Positions 46,401 to 54,818 of a stretch of 64,000 nt of DNA are shown piece by piece. Positions within the stretch are counted from its first letter, which is position 1, and the number at the start of each line of letters is the position of its first letter. The translations under genes were made by a program, and so were the position numbers. Location: the NCBI GenBank assembly GCA_964597575.1, contig CAZQXB010000001.1, positions 842,892-906,891 on the forward strand. Reading direction: 5' to 3'. The stretch is from an uncultured Gammaproteobacteria bacterium (GTDB lineage Bacteria > Patescibacteriota > Patescibacteriia > Magasanikbacterales > UBA922). A model generated the notes under the pieces. It ran no database searches. It was given only the letters and a program-made list of their open reading frames with translations, and was not told the DNA's origin.

Positions 46401-49400
46401 CGACAGGATTGCTTGTCACAGAACCCTCTTTGGAACTGTGGTTGTGATTTCTCACAAAATTCAAGCGGAGCATTTGTCGCAGGGTCAACATCGATTACCA
46501 AGTTCGCTGCAACAGCAGCATCTTCGCCACATGCTAAATCTGACAACCCGGTACAACTCGCGTTACATCTTCCATACTGCTGCCCATTCACTCGGCCATC
46601 GTCACACACTTCTGGAGCTTCAATAACCCCATTACCGCAAAGGCCCGTTGCTCGGCACTGACCAAGCACAAGCCGGCACTCATTCGTACACTCAGTGGTG
46701 CGAATTTGCCCAGCCGAACAACCGTTCGTCGTAGTGCCTCGGCTATTCGCCGGATTATCACATTCTTCGCCTGGGTTAATAATTCCATTTCCGCAAACAC
46801 CTGCAGACGGACTTTGTGGGGTACCCACGCACCAACGCGTTACAGATAAACGATCAGTATCCAAAAGACCATCCACAATACCGGTTTCACCTGAAAAATA
46901 TTCAAGTGGAACATGGAGCTGGTAATTGGTGCCGTCGGCACGAACACTATATTCGTACATACTTGCCGAAGCTGGGCATTGAAATGTCGCCACATCAGGG
47001 CTCCAGCAAGTTTGAGGGTCAATCCCATCACACCCACTCCATGTGTTTAACGGGTCACTTGGGATAGCTCCACCAAGCGCCCCGGCGAGCGTACCACCCC
47101 AAGATGGCCAACGAGAATTGGTATATCCTGGAATATATGTCCCCGAATTAAGCACAGGAAAACGACCACCATTGAGAAGTGAGGCATTCAACGCTAAGTT
47201 CTGGAATGAGCTTGCATCCTGCAAACGATCCCAGTCACGAAGCATCTTCGTGCGTGCATTTGCACAGATACGATTTCCAGGAAGAGCACTGCACTGACTA
47301 TCAACGGAACAAGCGATATTACTCTGAAGATCTGGTGTTGAAATATCTTCCCGATCTGTTCCATTACCGACGGAACAGTACCCAACATCGCTCAAGTTAA
47401 TGTTGAAACGAATGGAGTTAACAAGAGAGGTGAAGACTCGTTTTGTATTATCAGAAGCATCTGCATTTACCGTAAAAAGATACACGAAACTTCCCACTTC
47501 ATTGCGCTCTGACTCATCATACTGATTAAGCGCATTAATGTAGTACGTATTTCCATCAGTGAGGGCTTCGTACCCATCAACAGTAACGGAACGCATGGTT
47601 GATGGAACTTCACCAAACTTCTCACGATACCACTGTCGAAGAGGACGGAGAGATGACACTGTTGGACCACCACTAGCGACCGGAACCGGCGGCACAACAG
47701 GAGCTGATCGAGTTAGGGTAAAACGAGTCGAGAAACCTTGTGCCTGCGTCCCTTCTTCCACCACAATAATTTCATACAAACTATCTGGAGCTGGCTGAAG
47801 AACTCTCTGAGGAATGGTGATATAAGCCGAACCATCATTTACGATGTTACCCGTGAGATCAATCTGACCATTAGTGTCATTTGAATAAGCGTAACGTCCT
47901 TGGTCGTCGAGAACAAGCAGAAGGAGACTCAGTCGCACCTGCTGACCTGGCTGACCACCTCTCCACTGAATAAGCACGGGTTCGCCGATTGGGAAATCTG
48001 ATCTGGTTGCAGCCGAGTCAACAAACCGAAGAGCTCCTCCGTCTGGAGTGACAGCGGGCGGAAGAGGAAGATTCGGAGCTGCTGGAGGTGGCGGTGGCGT
48101 CGCTGACCCACCTACGGCACGAGTCGTGTTGTTAAAAATCTGGAATCCAATAGCATCATCATTTTTTTCATTAAAGAAGAAAATACGACGCACAGAATCT
48201 CCAAATGGAGGAATAGGTGAAGTACCATTCGCACCTAAAATGCTTGGTCGCAAATATGGCAAGTCGTCTGTTATATCACCTGTTCTTCCGGCATCAGCGC
48301 AGTATCCGAATCGAACATTTCCGAAAATAGTATCACTACCGAGGGCAATACCTGGAATTGACTGGCCCGTAAATACACCGCCCGTGTAATCATCGTTGTT
48401 CGCGTTTCTTCCTCGCGAAACCCCATCTTCATACGGATAAATTCCACGCGGTGGCCACGGACGTTCACAGAAAAACGTGATTAATTCTGCAGTGTCAGAA
48501 AAACGTGGAAGAGTTGTGCCAGTAGCCGCCAAACGATCTTCTGTCACGCGAAGTTCAGCCACTAATGTTCCTGTTTCCCCTTGACCCAAGTTGCGAGAAC
48601 GGACCGTTGCCTGGTCTGACGCACCAGTATTTCCTGCGGCTGGAATTACAAACGCTGGGTGGGTTGATGGACCCCAGCTCCACACCCAATTATAAATTCC
48701 AGGAATTGGTGCGATGGCGCGGTTGTTCAATGTTCTCGCTGTCGCAATAAAATCGGTTGAAGTGTTTGGAGCTGTAAAAAGATATGATTCCGGTTCCACG
48801 GTCACAGACTCTACACGACACACATCTCCCGTTTGTGTACGGAACACCCAAGAACTTGCGGACGTACCGACGGAGTTTGTATCCGGGCGAATGCCTACCC
48901 CTCGAGTATTTTCTATACCATTTACCCCACCCTGAAGAAGGACGGCGTATGTAGTACCCGCATCAAGAAGTGAAGTAAGCTGCAAACGAACTCGCGTTTC
49001 TGTAACAACACCACTTGCGTCGGTTACCGGAGTGACGGTTGGAACAAATCGAATCTGCCCACCACACCAAGATCCTACGTTTATTTGATCCGGTCGAAGA
49101 GCCGAAGCAAATGCCTGCCCCTCAAGTAGTGCGCGGAAAAAATATCGAACACGATAAATCGTTCCACGGAAAAATCCTTCTGGTGGATTTTCGTACGCGA
49201 GTGTACCGCGGACCACAGTGGTCACATCATCGTTCGTCCCCTGACATGGCACTGCTGAGGCACCGACCGCATACCCTCGCGCAATCAAGATATTGTCTTG
49301 AAGTGATGCTTCATCAATTTCACCAGAAAGCGTAAATTCAATGAGGGTATTTCTACATGCCGCTTCAGACCCATTAAACCCGGTTCCGTCTGCAGGATAA

Positions 49401-52400
49401 GTAGAGGTACGCTCAGGACGAAGTTGGCAACATGAATTCGTACCAACCCCATATCGATTCAAAGCATTCCCACTATTTTGGGGGCAATTATTATATTGAT
49501 TCGCTTGTGGAGCATTATTTGCATACTCTTCAAAACCACATTGAAGTGCGTACGCACCACTGCCTCGTACCGAAAGGGTTCTCCCCCCGGTCGTTGCGAT
49601 GGCTTCGGCCTGGATTGTCGTTTCTTGTCGGCCGTCCGCAGGGATGTTTGTAGAAGCGCCAACTGCAGTCACAATCTGCGTTGCATTTTGACCAAGTGGT
49701 ACCCGTGTTCCAAGATCACCTGGTTGATACTCACACATTGCGTACTCCCCTATCCCTCGAACACCGTCTCCACACAATGAAGGTGTGCCGTACGAAATAT
49801 CTGAGCCACGCAAGGTACAATTCTCTGTACACCCTTCGGCGTTTCGATCACAACGGAATGTATTTGGAATAGTAGTTTCACTGCAAATATTTCCAAGTAA
49901 ACACCGTGAGGAGCATACACCAACATCTTGGACCGCAATAGGATTTGGTTCGCCATATACGCGAATCGTACCAGCGCTTCCAGGATTTCCTGTAACAATT
50001 TCACATGCCTCACCGCGATTAACAACCCCATCACCGCAAATACTCACTCCCCGATTGCGGCAAGCAGAAACAACCTCAGCCGAAGTACCCACAAGAGGTC
50101 GCGATTCACACCAACTTGCAGCAAGCGATGGTACACCGATATTCAAACACGTAGAGGTACAGCTTTCGTTCTCAACTGCCCCGTTTACTCCTGGTTCACA
50201 CTCTTCTCCTGGGGAAACAGTTCGATCACCACAAAACGGCGCACCGCTTGTTGCAATACCCGGAGTAAAGCGATCACTTGTCCCTGTTCTTAAACATCGT
50301 TCGTTACAAAAACGTACATCAGGGCTCCCTGTGGCCGGATCACACTCCTCACCACCTTCAACGGTGGCGTTACCACACTGGCCAGGTCCGGTACCACGAT
50401 TCGTATTTCCGGGTCGAAGACAGGTGAGGGTACAGGTTGTACCAACCACTTCTCCATTCGCTGCCACATCACAGTCTTCACCAACATCAATACGTCCGTT
50501 ACCACACATTGATCGGTTCGGCGCACCTACAGCCAACGTTGAACCGAGTGGAATACAGGTTGCGGTACACTGACTTCGTGGTGACCCAAGGCTTGAAAAG
50601 GTAGTAACACGGGCAACGGCCGGATCAGCACTTCCCCAGCGCCATCCAAATAACCAAGGGTTTAATTCTTGCCCCAAAGCACTGCATTGATCTGGGGAAC
50701 TTTGTGGAAGAGCAACATATCCGGTAGTTTCGCCAATAGTTGTTGCAGTAAAAGGAGTTGGCTCCACCTGAACACTCGCGGCCACACAGAATCCATCACT
50801 CGATTTTGTACGGAATCTCCAAGAGAACGGAGCGAGAGGATTTCCAGGATTGGTTGAACCGATGGCAGATTGCGCACGAATCGTATCCGCGACAGTAACA
50901 AGGTACCAGGTATTTTCAAGAAGTGGTGTTTGCGAAGGTGGAGCAAACCGATACAACATTGGGTTACCGCCCTCAACCACATCAAAAAAGATTTCTTCGG
51001 CTCTGACCGCACACAAAGCGTCGGCACAGCGATACATACGCACAGCGCCCGGATACGTATCTGGAAGCATCATTTGGTTAAATCGGATACCGATACCCGC
51101 ATTCGTACATGACTCACTACAATTTGGCCAAAAACCAACCACCCGTGGATCCCCAAGATCAACGGTAAGAGTACTTACCGCCGTAATAACTGGGGCACCT
51201 GGTTGGCTTGACACAGCTCGGATTTGAGCCGTATTCGGAGCACTGTTTGCAAGTGCCGTAACCGTTGCTCGTGAATCAGTAAAATCAGGAGGATCACGGT
51301 CAAGAAGAACTCGTGCATACGCATTTCCTGGGGCTGGCACTGACCAATTCCACCCTAAACCATCCGCACGAATAACAGTACACGCTTCATTCGGAGCACC
51401 CCACACATAGTAATAGAAAGGATGTGGCGGGCTAAGCACATTCGTCGTCACGCGAGGATAGCTTGGGTCCTGGAGCATCCCAAGCATGTTTGTCGTGTAT
51501 GTTGGAGGACGAATGAACGCATTCGCAATTTCACACCGACGACTCCCTGCTTGGAAGGTAAAGCAATAGGCAGTTCCTGCGCCACACGGACGAGTCGCCA
51601 AAATCGGTTCGTTTACCGTAACTTGTCGACTTAAAATTTCTCTTGTTTCGTTCGAACGGATACCCGACCCGAGTTCAACACGATACCACGTGTCTGCGGT
51701 AAGCACAGCTCCTGCACCACGTGGACGAGCAACGACATTCGGATTCTCATATCGGATATCGAATTGATCGGTAACATTCACCCGATTTGAACAGTTCGCA
51801 CTGGTGCCATTTCCACAAGTATAGATACGCGTATTCGCGACAACACTTGCCGGATCCATTTCCACAGTAAACCGGGCATTAATTTCCGCATTGATACACG
51901 CGGCTCCACGGAGAGTTTGAACATCTGGGGTTGGAGACGGCATGGTTGAAGAACCCTGTTCACAAAATTCGTCCACTTGTGGCAAACGACTTAATTGCCC
52001 AGTGGTAAAACGCCATACATATCCGGCATTCCGACTCTCTCCAGGACACGATTGATTTTCTGGGAGAAAACTTCCATCGGTGCAGCAACGAAGTCCAGCA
52101 GGAATCTGACTTTGCGGCAAGGCTCGGCAATCTTCTACGGTATAGGTCAAACTATTTGATAACTGACCACCTGAACCAACCCGAATTGGACCAGTTTGCA
52201 TCGTTACACCGTTTCTCTCAGGAATTGGGGTCAGAATCTGCGTCGCAGTAAGAATTTGGGCTTCAGGAGCACGAGTTGAGAGCCACGTTGTGACATCATT
52301 CGCCACAGCGCCGCGCGTCCAAAAATAGGTTGTCGCTGCTGCTGCAAAATTAACCCCGGTTAAAGTAAGACCTGGGCTTGCAGGAGCAAGTGGAGCTGGA

Positions 52401-54802
52401 CCACGTGCAGGGGAAATACGACAAAGACCAGGGCGAGGGGTACCGGCCTGAACAGTGAGGCGCGCCGTGTTAGCTAATTGAGTTTGAAGACCATTCGTCG
52501 TTCTGACCGTTACATACCACTGACCCGGAGCAAGAGTTGTAGGAACTTGAACCACAACACTCTCGGGAGTCCAGGTATCACCACACGCCGGAGGCAAAGT
52601 CACTTGTGCCGCCACACAGCCAGCGGGCATGTTTGGGGGTGCACAAACGAGGCTAATATCATTCGCAAAATAAACATTCCCTGTAGCTCCCCCGAATCCC
52701 CGACCAGCAAGTGTAATCAAACTCCCCGGGGTCGTGGTTTCAGGGTCAATCGCAGTAATAGAAGGCAGTGAAGCATCGTCCGGAGAAAGAATGGTAAACG
52801 GAACAGCATTACTTGAAACTCCATCGATAACTGCAGCCACAGAAACAACTCCGGGTCGGAGGCCGGCTGGTACGCGAGTATCAACACGTGCATCCGCCCA
52901 CGAAGTGACTGGTGCACTGGCAAGCCCGAAACGAAGCTCACGATTTGTGCCCCCTGAAAACTGCCCAATAGCACGGGCATCCGTTGAAGGAAGTCCGGCT
53001 GAAACACCAGCGCCGACTTCTACACGACATAAACGAGGACGATTGGTCGTATTTTTCAAAAACAAGCCGTTACGAGTACCCCCACGAGGACCACGACTAT
53101 CGATCGTGGTATCAGTAAGAGTATTATTATCCGCTCGAACGATACGAATCGCAGAAAAAGACCCTTGCGGCAAGGCCGCGTCTCCTGGGACTTCAACCAC
53201 GGTATATGTGTCAGTCCAAGTAACCGCTCCACCACACGTTGCAGGAGCGGCCGTAATCCATTCGGCACCAGCAATCGTACCACTATTATCACGATCAATT
53301 CCGAATTGAACTTGCCCTGGAGTTGTTCCAAAAAAACGACCACTAACCGTCACCCATGAACCGGCCGCGGCATCCCACGGATCAACATTCGTAATAAGCG
53401 GACTCGATACACACTGTCCTGAAACACACTGCCCAGATGCACATTGCCAATTTTGCGCACACTGCCCAACCCCTTGGCAGGAACCGCCAGCATCAACGTC
53501 CGTTTCGTCGCCATCTTGGACACCGTTACCACAATGCGCTGCCACGCTTACAAAAGTAGTACTTGCGGTTGCGCGATTTCCATCAATGTCATAGGCAGTC
53601 GCTGTAACAACATATCGCTCACCCGGACGAGTATTTGCGGCCAAAAATAAACGGTATGTGTATACGAATGGATCAAGAACTGTCGTTCCAGATCCACGCG
53701 CAATGGTTGGGCCACCAACCGAAACAATCGAGGCCGCTCGGCCTTCTTGACCAATATCAAGCCGAACGTACCCTGCACCCGTATTGTCGGTCATTGGTAC
53801 TGAAATTTCCACTTCACGATTCACGGGAAGTGGCTGATCATTAGCACGAACACCATCGACAGAAATACCACCGGGAATAACCGGAGCGGTAACATCGAGA
53901 GTGTTTGGCGTATTTACTCGAAACGTTGCTTCTCGTGGAAAGTTGCCACAGGCAACAGATTCTTGAATGCTTCCCCCACGAGCATCGACCACGGTATTGC
54001 GAACACTGACACGGTATTCCCCTGAAGGCATACACCCATTTGTGCCGGCACACACCGTAGCACCCGTATAGGTAGCTTCAAGCACTTGGTTCGCTGGATC
54101 AGCAAAACGGAAAGAGAAGTCAGTCACGGGTTCGCCGTCTCGCGTAATGGTAACCACCTGATTCGCAGCGGTTCGAACACCACGGCTAAACACCACACGA
54201 ATAGTGGCGTTATTCATGTTTGTTGTTTCTGTGCGTGGGGTGATACTCTGCACGATAAAATTATCACGGCCGCAGCACCATGACGGATTTGAGGAGCAAT
54301 TAAGCGATGGCCCGGTTCGCCCACACAATTCGTCGTACCGTGGGTCATTTGCTAACGCAAGATCAGCACAACTTGCAAGAGGATCACTTTGCCCCAAACC
54401 CGTTGCTCCCTGAAGCCGAGTTAACACGAAACGGCTGATGGCAAAAGCAGAAAGAACAATCACAAGACCAATTGCCCCGTTCATAAGGATTTTACGCGCG
54501 TCCTCCACCTTACCCTCATCCCCTCCTGCGGTCATGTACGTAATACCACCATAGATCACGATACCAACTGCAATAACCGAAAGAAGGCCGAGAAAAATAT
54601 TAATAATCCGAGCCACGATGACACGGATATCGGTTCCGGCTAAATTACTCGCACCGTCAAATGCCGTTACCCCAAGCGCATCATTTGCTTCTTGCGCAAA
54701 TGTGATCTGAGGAAGAAAAACAAAAACGGCTGCTAGGAAAATGAAAAAGGAAATAGCGTGCAGGGCGCGGGCTCGAGAAAAAAAAGACATGAGGCGGGAC
54801 AT
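43445..54802 (-). CDS. Giant extracellular protein of about 3785 aa. It has an N-terminal signal peptide plus two-TM module, many Myxococcus-type Cys-rich repeats (CGNG/CGDG ... GEECD ... C), Ig-like/beta-rich regions and a C-terminal block of BNR/Asp-box repeats (S-x-D-x-G-x-T-W).
   Basis: Single uninterrupted ORF. Start set at MSRLMSFF. At least 11 CG[ND]G-x(5-9)-GE[EA]CD repeats. Five BNR motifs (TSNGGANWTT, TENAGDTWSQ, TTNGGLTWVA, TTDSGVTWTS, TNNGGERWVV). Confidence 0.7.
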   Translation of the reverse strand: MSRLMSFFSRARALHAISFFIFLAAVFVFLPQITFAQEANDALGVTAFDGASNLAGTDIRVIVARIINIFLGLLSVIAVGIVIYGGITYMTAGGDEGKVEDARKILMNGAIGLVIVLSAFAISRFVLTRLQGATGLGQSDPLASCADLALANDPRYDELCGRTGPSLNCSSNPSWCCGRDNFIVQSITPRTETTNMNNATIRVVFSRGVRTAANQVVTITRDGEPVTDFSFRFADPANQVLEATYTGATVCAGTNGCMPSGEYRVSVRNTVVDARGGSIQESVACGNFPREATFRVNTPNTLDVTAPVIPGGISVDGVRANDQPLPVNREVEISVPMTDNTGAGYVRLDIGQEGRAASIVSVGGPTIARGSGTTVLDPFVYTYRLFLAANTRPGERYVVTATAYDIDGNRATASTTFVSVAAHCGNGVQDGDETDVDAGGSCQGVGQCAQNWQCASGQCVSGQCVSSPLITNVDPWDAAAGSWVTVSGRFFGTTPGQVQFGIDRDNSGTIAGAEWITAAPATCGGAVTWTDTYTVVEVPGDAALPQGSFSAIRIVRADNNTLTDTTIDSRGPRGGTRNGLFLKNTTNRPRLCRVEVGAGVSAGLPSTDARAIGQFSGGTNRELRFGLASAPVTSWADARVDTRVPAGLRPGVVSVAAVIDGVSSNAVPFTILSPDDASLPSITAIDPETTTPGSLITLAGRGFGGATGNVYFANDISLVCAPPNMPAGCVAAQVTLPPACGDTWTPESVVVQVPTTLAPGQWYVTVRTTNGLQTQLANTARLTVQAGTPRPGLCRISPARGPAPLAPASPGLTLTGVNFAAAATTYFWTRGAVANDVTTWLSTRAPEAQILTATQILTPIPERNGVTMQTGPIRVGSGGQLSNSLTYTVEDCRALPQSQIPAGLRCCTDGSFLPENQSCPGESRNAGYVWRFTTGQLSRLPQVDEFCEQGSSTMPSPTPDVQTLRGAACINAEINARFTVEMDPASVVANTRIYTCGNGTSANCSNRVNVTDQFDIRYENPNVVARPRGAGAVLTADTWYRVELGSGIRSNETREILSRQVTVNEPILATRPCGAGTAYCFTFQAGSRRCEIANAFIRPPTYTTNMLGMLQDPSYPRVTTNVLSPPHPFYYYVWGAPNEACTVIRADGLGWNWSVPAPGNAYARVLLDRDPPDFTDSRATVTALANSAPNTAQIRAVSSQPGAPVITAVSTLTVDLGDPRVVGFWPNCSESCTNAGIGIRFNQMMLPDTYPGAVRMYRCADALCAVRAEEIFFDVVEGGNPMLYRFAPPSQTPLLENTWYLVTVADTIRAQSAIGSTNPGNPLAPFSWRFRTKSSDGFCVAASVQVEPTPFTATTIGETTGYVALPQSSPDQCSALGQELNPWLFGWRWGSADPAVARVTTFSSLGSPRSQCTATCIPLGSTLAVGAPNRSMCGNGRIDVGEDCDVAANGEVVGTTCTLTCLRPGNTNRGTGPGQCGNATVEGGEECDPATGSPDVRFCNERCLRTGTSDRFTPGIATSGAPFCGDRTVSPGEECEPGVNGAVENESCTSTCLNIGVPSLAASWCESRPLVGTSAEVVSACRNRGVSICGDGVVNRGEACEIVTGNPGSAGTIRVYGEPNPIAVQDVGVCSSRCLLGNICSETTIPNTFRCDRNAEGCTENCTLRGSDISYGTPSLCGDGVRGIGEYAMCEYQPGDLGTRVPLGQNATQIVTAVGASTNIPADGRQETTIQAEAIATTGGRTLSVRGSGAYALQCGFEEYANNAPQANQYNNCPQNSGNALNRYGVGTNSCCQLRPERTSTYPADGTGFNGSEAACRNTLIEFTLSGEIDEASLQDNILIARGYAVGASAVPCQGTNDDVTTVVRGTLAYENPPEGFFRGTIYRVRYFFRALLEGQAFASALRPDQINVGSWCGGQIRFVPTVTPVTDASGVVTETRVRLQLTSLLDAGTTYAVLLQGGVNGIENTRGVGIRPDTNSVGTSASSWVFRTQTGDVCRVESVTVEPESYLFTAPNTSTDFIATARTLNNRAIAPIPGIYNWVWSWGPSTHPAFVIPAAGNTGASDQATVRSRNLGQGETGTLVAELRVTEDRLAATGTTLPRFSDTAELITFFCERPWPPRGIYPYEDGVSRGRNANNDDYTGGVFTGQSIPGIALGSDTIFGNVRFGYCADAGRTGDITDDLPYLRPSILGANGTSPIPPFGDSVRRIFFFNEKNDDAIGFQIFNNTTRAVGGSATPPPPPAAPNLPLPPAVTPDGGALRFVDSAATRSDFPIGEPVLIQWRGGQPGQQVRLSLLLLVLDDQGRYAYSNDTNGQIDLTGNIVNDGSAYITIPQRVLQPAPDSLYEIIVVEEGTQAQGFSTRFTLTRSAPVVPPVPVASGGPTVSSLRPLRQWYREKFGEVPSTMRSVTVDGYEALTDGNTYYINALNQYDESERNEVGSFVYLFTVNADASDNTKRVFTSLVNSIRFNINLSDVGYCSVGNGTDREDISTPDLQSNIACSVDSQCSALPGNRICANARTKMLRDWDRLQDASSFQNLALNASLLNGGRFPVLNSGTYIPGYTNSRWPSWGGTLAGALGGAIPSDPLNTWSGCDGIDPQTCWSPDVATFQCPASASMYEYSVRADGTNYQLHVPLEYFSGETGIVDGLLDTDRLSVTRWCVGTPQSPSAGVCGNGIINPGEECDNPANSRGTTTNGCSAGQIRTTECTNECRLVLGQCRATGLCGNGVIEAPEVCDDGRVNGQQYGRCNASCTGLSDLACGEDAAVAANLVIDVDPATNAPLEFCEKSQPQFQRGFCDKQSCRDPRFDVTVVPLLTPNPGEIIGAQSLSVLGEQSAWAVMTDTAQNRASIMRFSGFGWSVSRQETGIILRGITFLNAQVGFAVGAQTGGSRNAILMRTSNGGANWTTREIPNTSGVVLQAVHAVSPTMVYVAGTGENVWRTENAGDTWSQQSYAPLAANTSISKLQFIDQQTGFAYGTAGFFSTTNGGLTWVAQRLPENPATEQVDFVFANRNLGYLVTDASRRVFRTTDSGVTWTSLDLPAPDRAIVSSAGPSAIALLDAQTVVVLDRIVLYQGFSGQAGYAAWATNNGGERWVVVSTPNNNGFVRTIEFAPGNQIIGLFRGLNQFLRFTRSTYCAAATACDQDSQCSSGDSCVLTARPTYHPLRGASCSFDCQATGGYCGDSFVNEPHEECDDGNTDNLDSCSNLCFRRTNVVISNPNAGPFCGDGIVQSNLGETCDEADANGLVPQNPPYGQRVTLCSAECTTVTRDPITYCGDGIVQRDAGEVCDTLSTGGVTTSTIANGPALTCSRGTLPTANRGAFSCQNNCRRLVDNCTVCGVIETCSAQQGLCRVNGSSSQPSCQDALCSSGANRVQCAPGQATNCRYTDNTNPICTNGLDDDGDGLVDCADFTGGGANPRIAVINPIVDYAQSGANAWGQSTEVSMLRASSTAGFVLQESSSAGGVILRTWAFRGLLGSRLLTEEVSALFSFRQPGSVFAYPANTARLNDQLNINTNNLCTDVYHLDINRMFIGSYSRAFGQPLTPQRRGSLFPFPVNGEQQEVTREFVFSPAVPPNVFRVVLRWSGAEDDGRFLGRLYHNDFSPVFGRIIDFSVADTQTRLSRTNYLCNNISLQTLRPNESYWWSTGCTTFNTSDGTARVFVHPQIQLEDTFVKALTIDLSQAQTSAPFQYFVDDSVRPMGRYVANPGLIVEVYEYQQDQDSARSVYAPRVFRIRNIAGTSSNPNANYWHVFNIVRNQATGTYEIRPVGPTGDGSIETDIVDIHNNT

Positions 54803-54818
54803 ATGGTAAAACAAGGGT

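Noticed and set aside
44516-54413. Numerous 60-260 aa ORFs on the plus strand within 43.4-55.0 kb.
   Set aside because: All lie antisense within the single uninterrupted 11.4-kb minus-strand giant gene. They are shadow ORFs.
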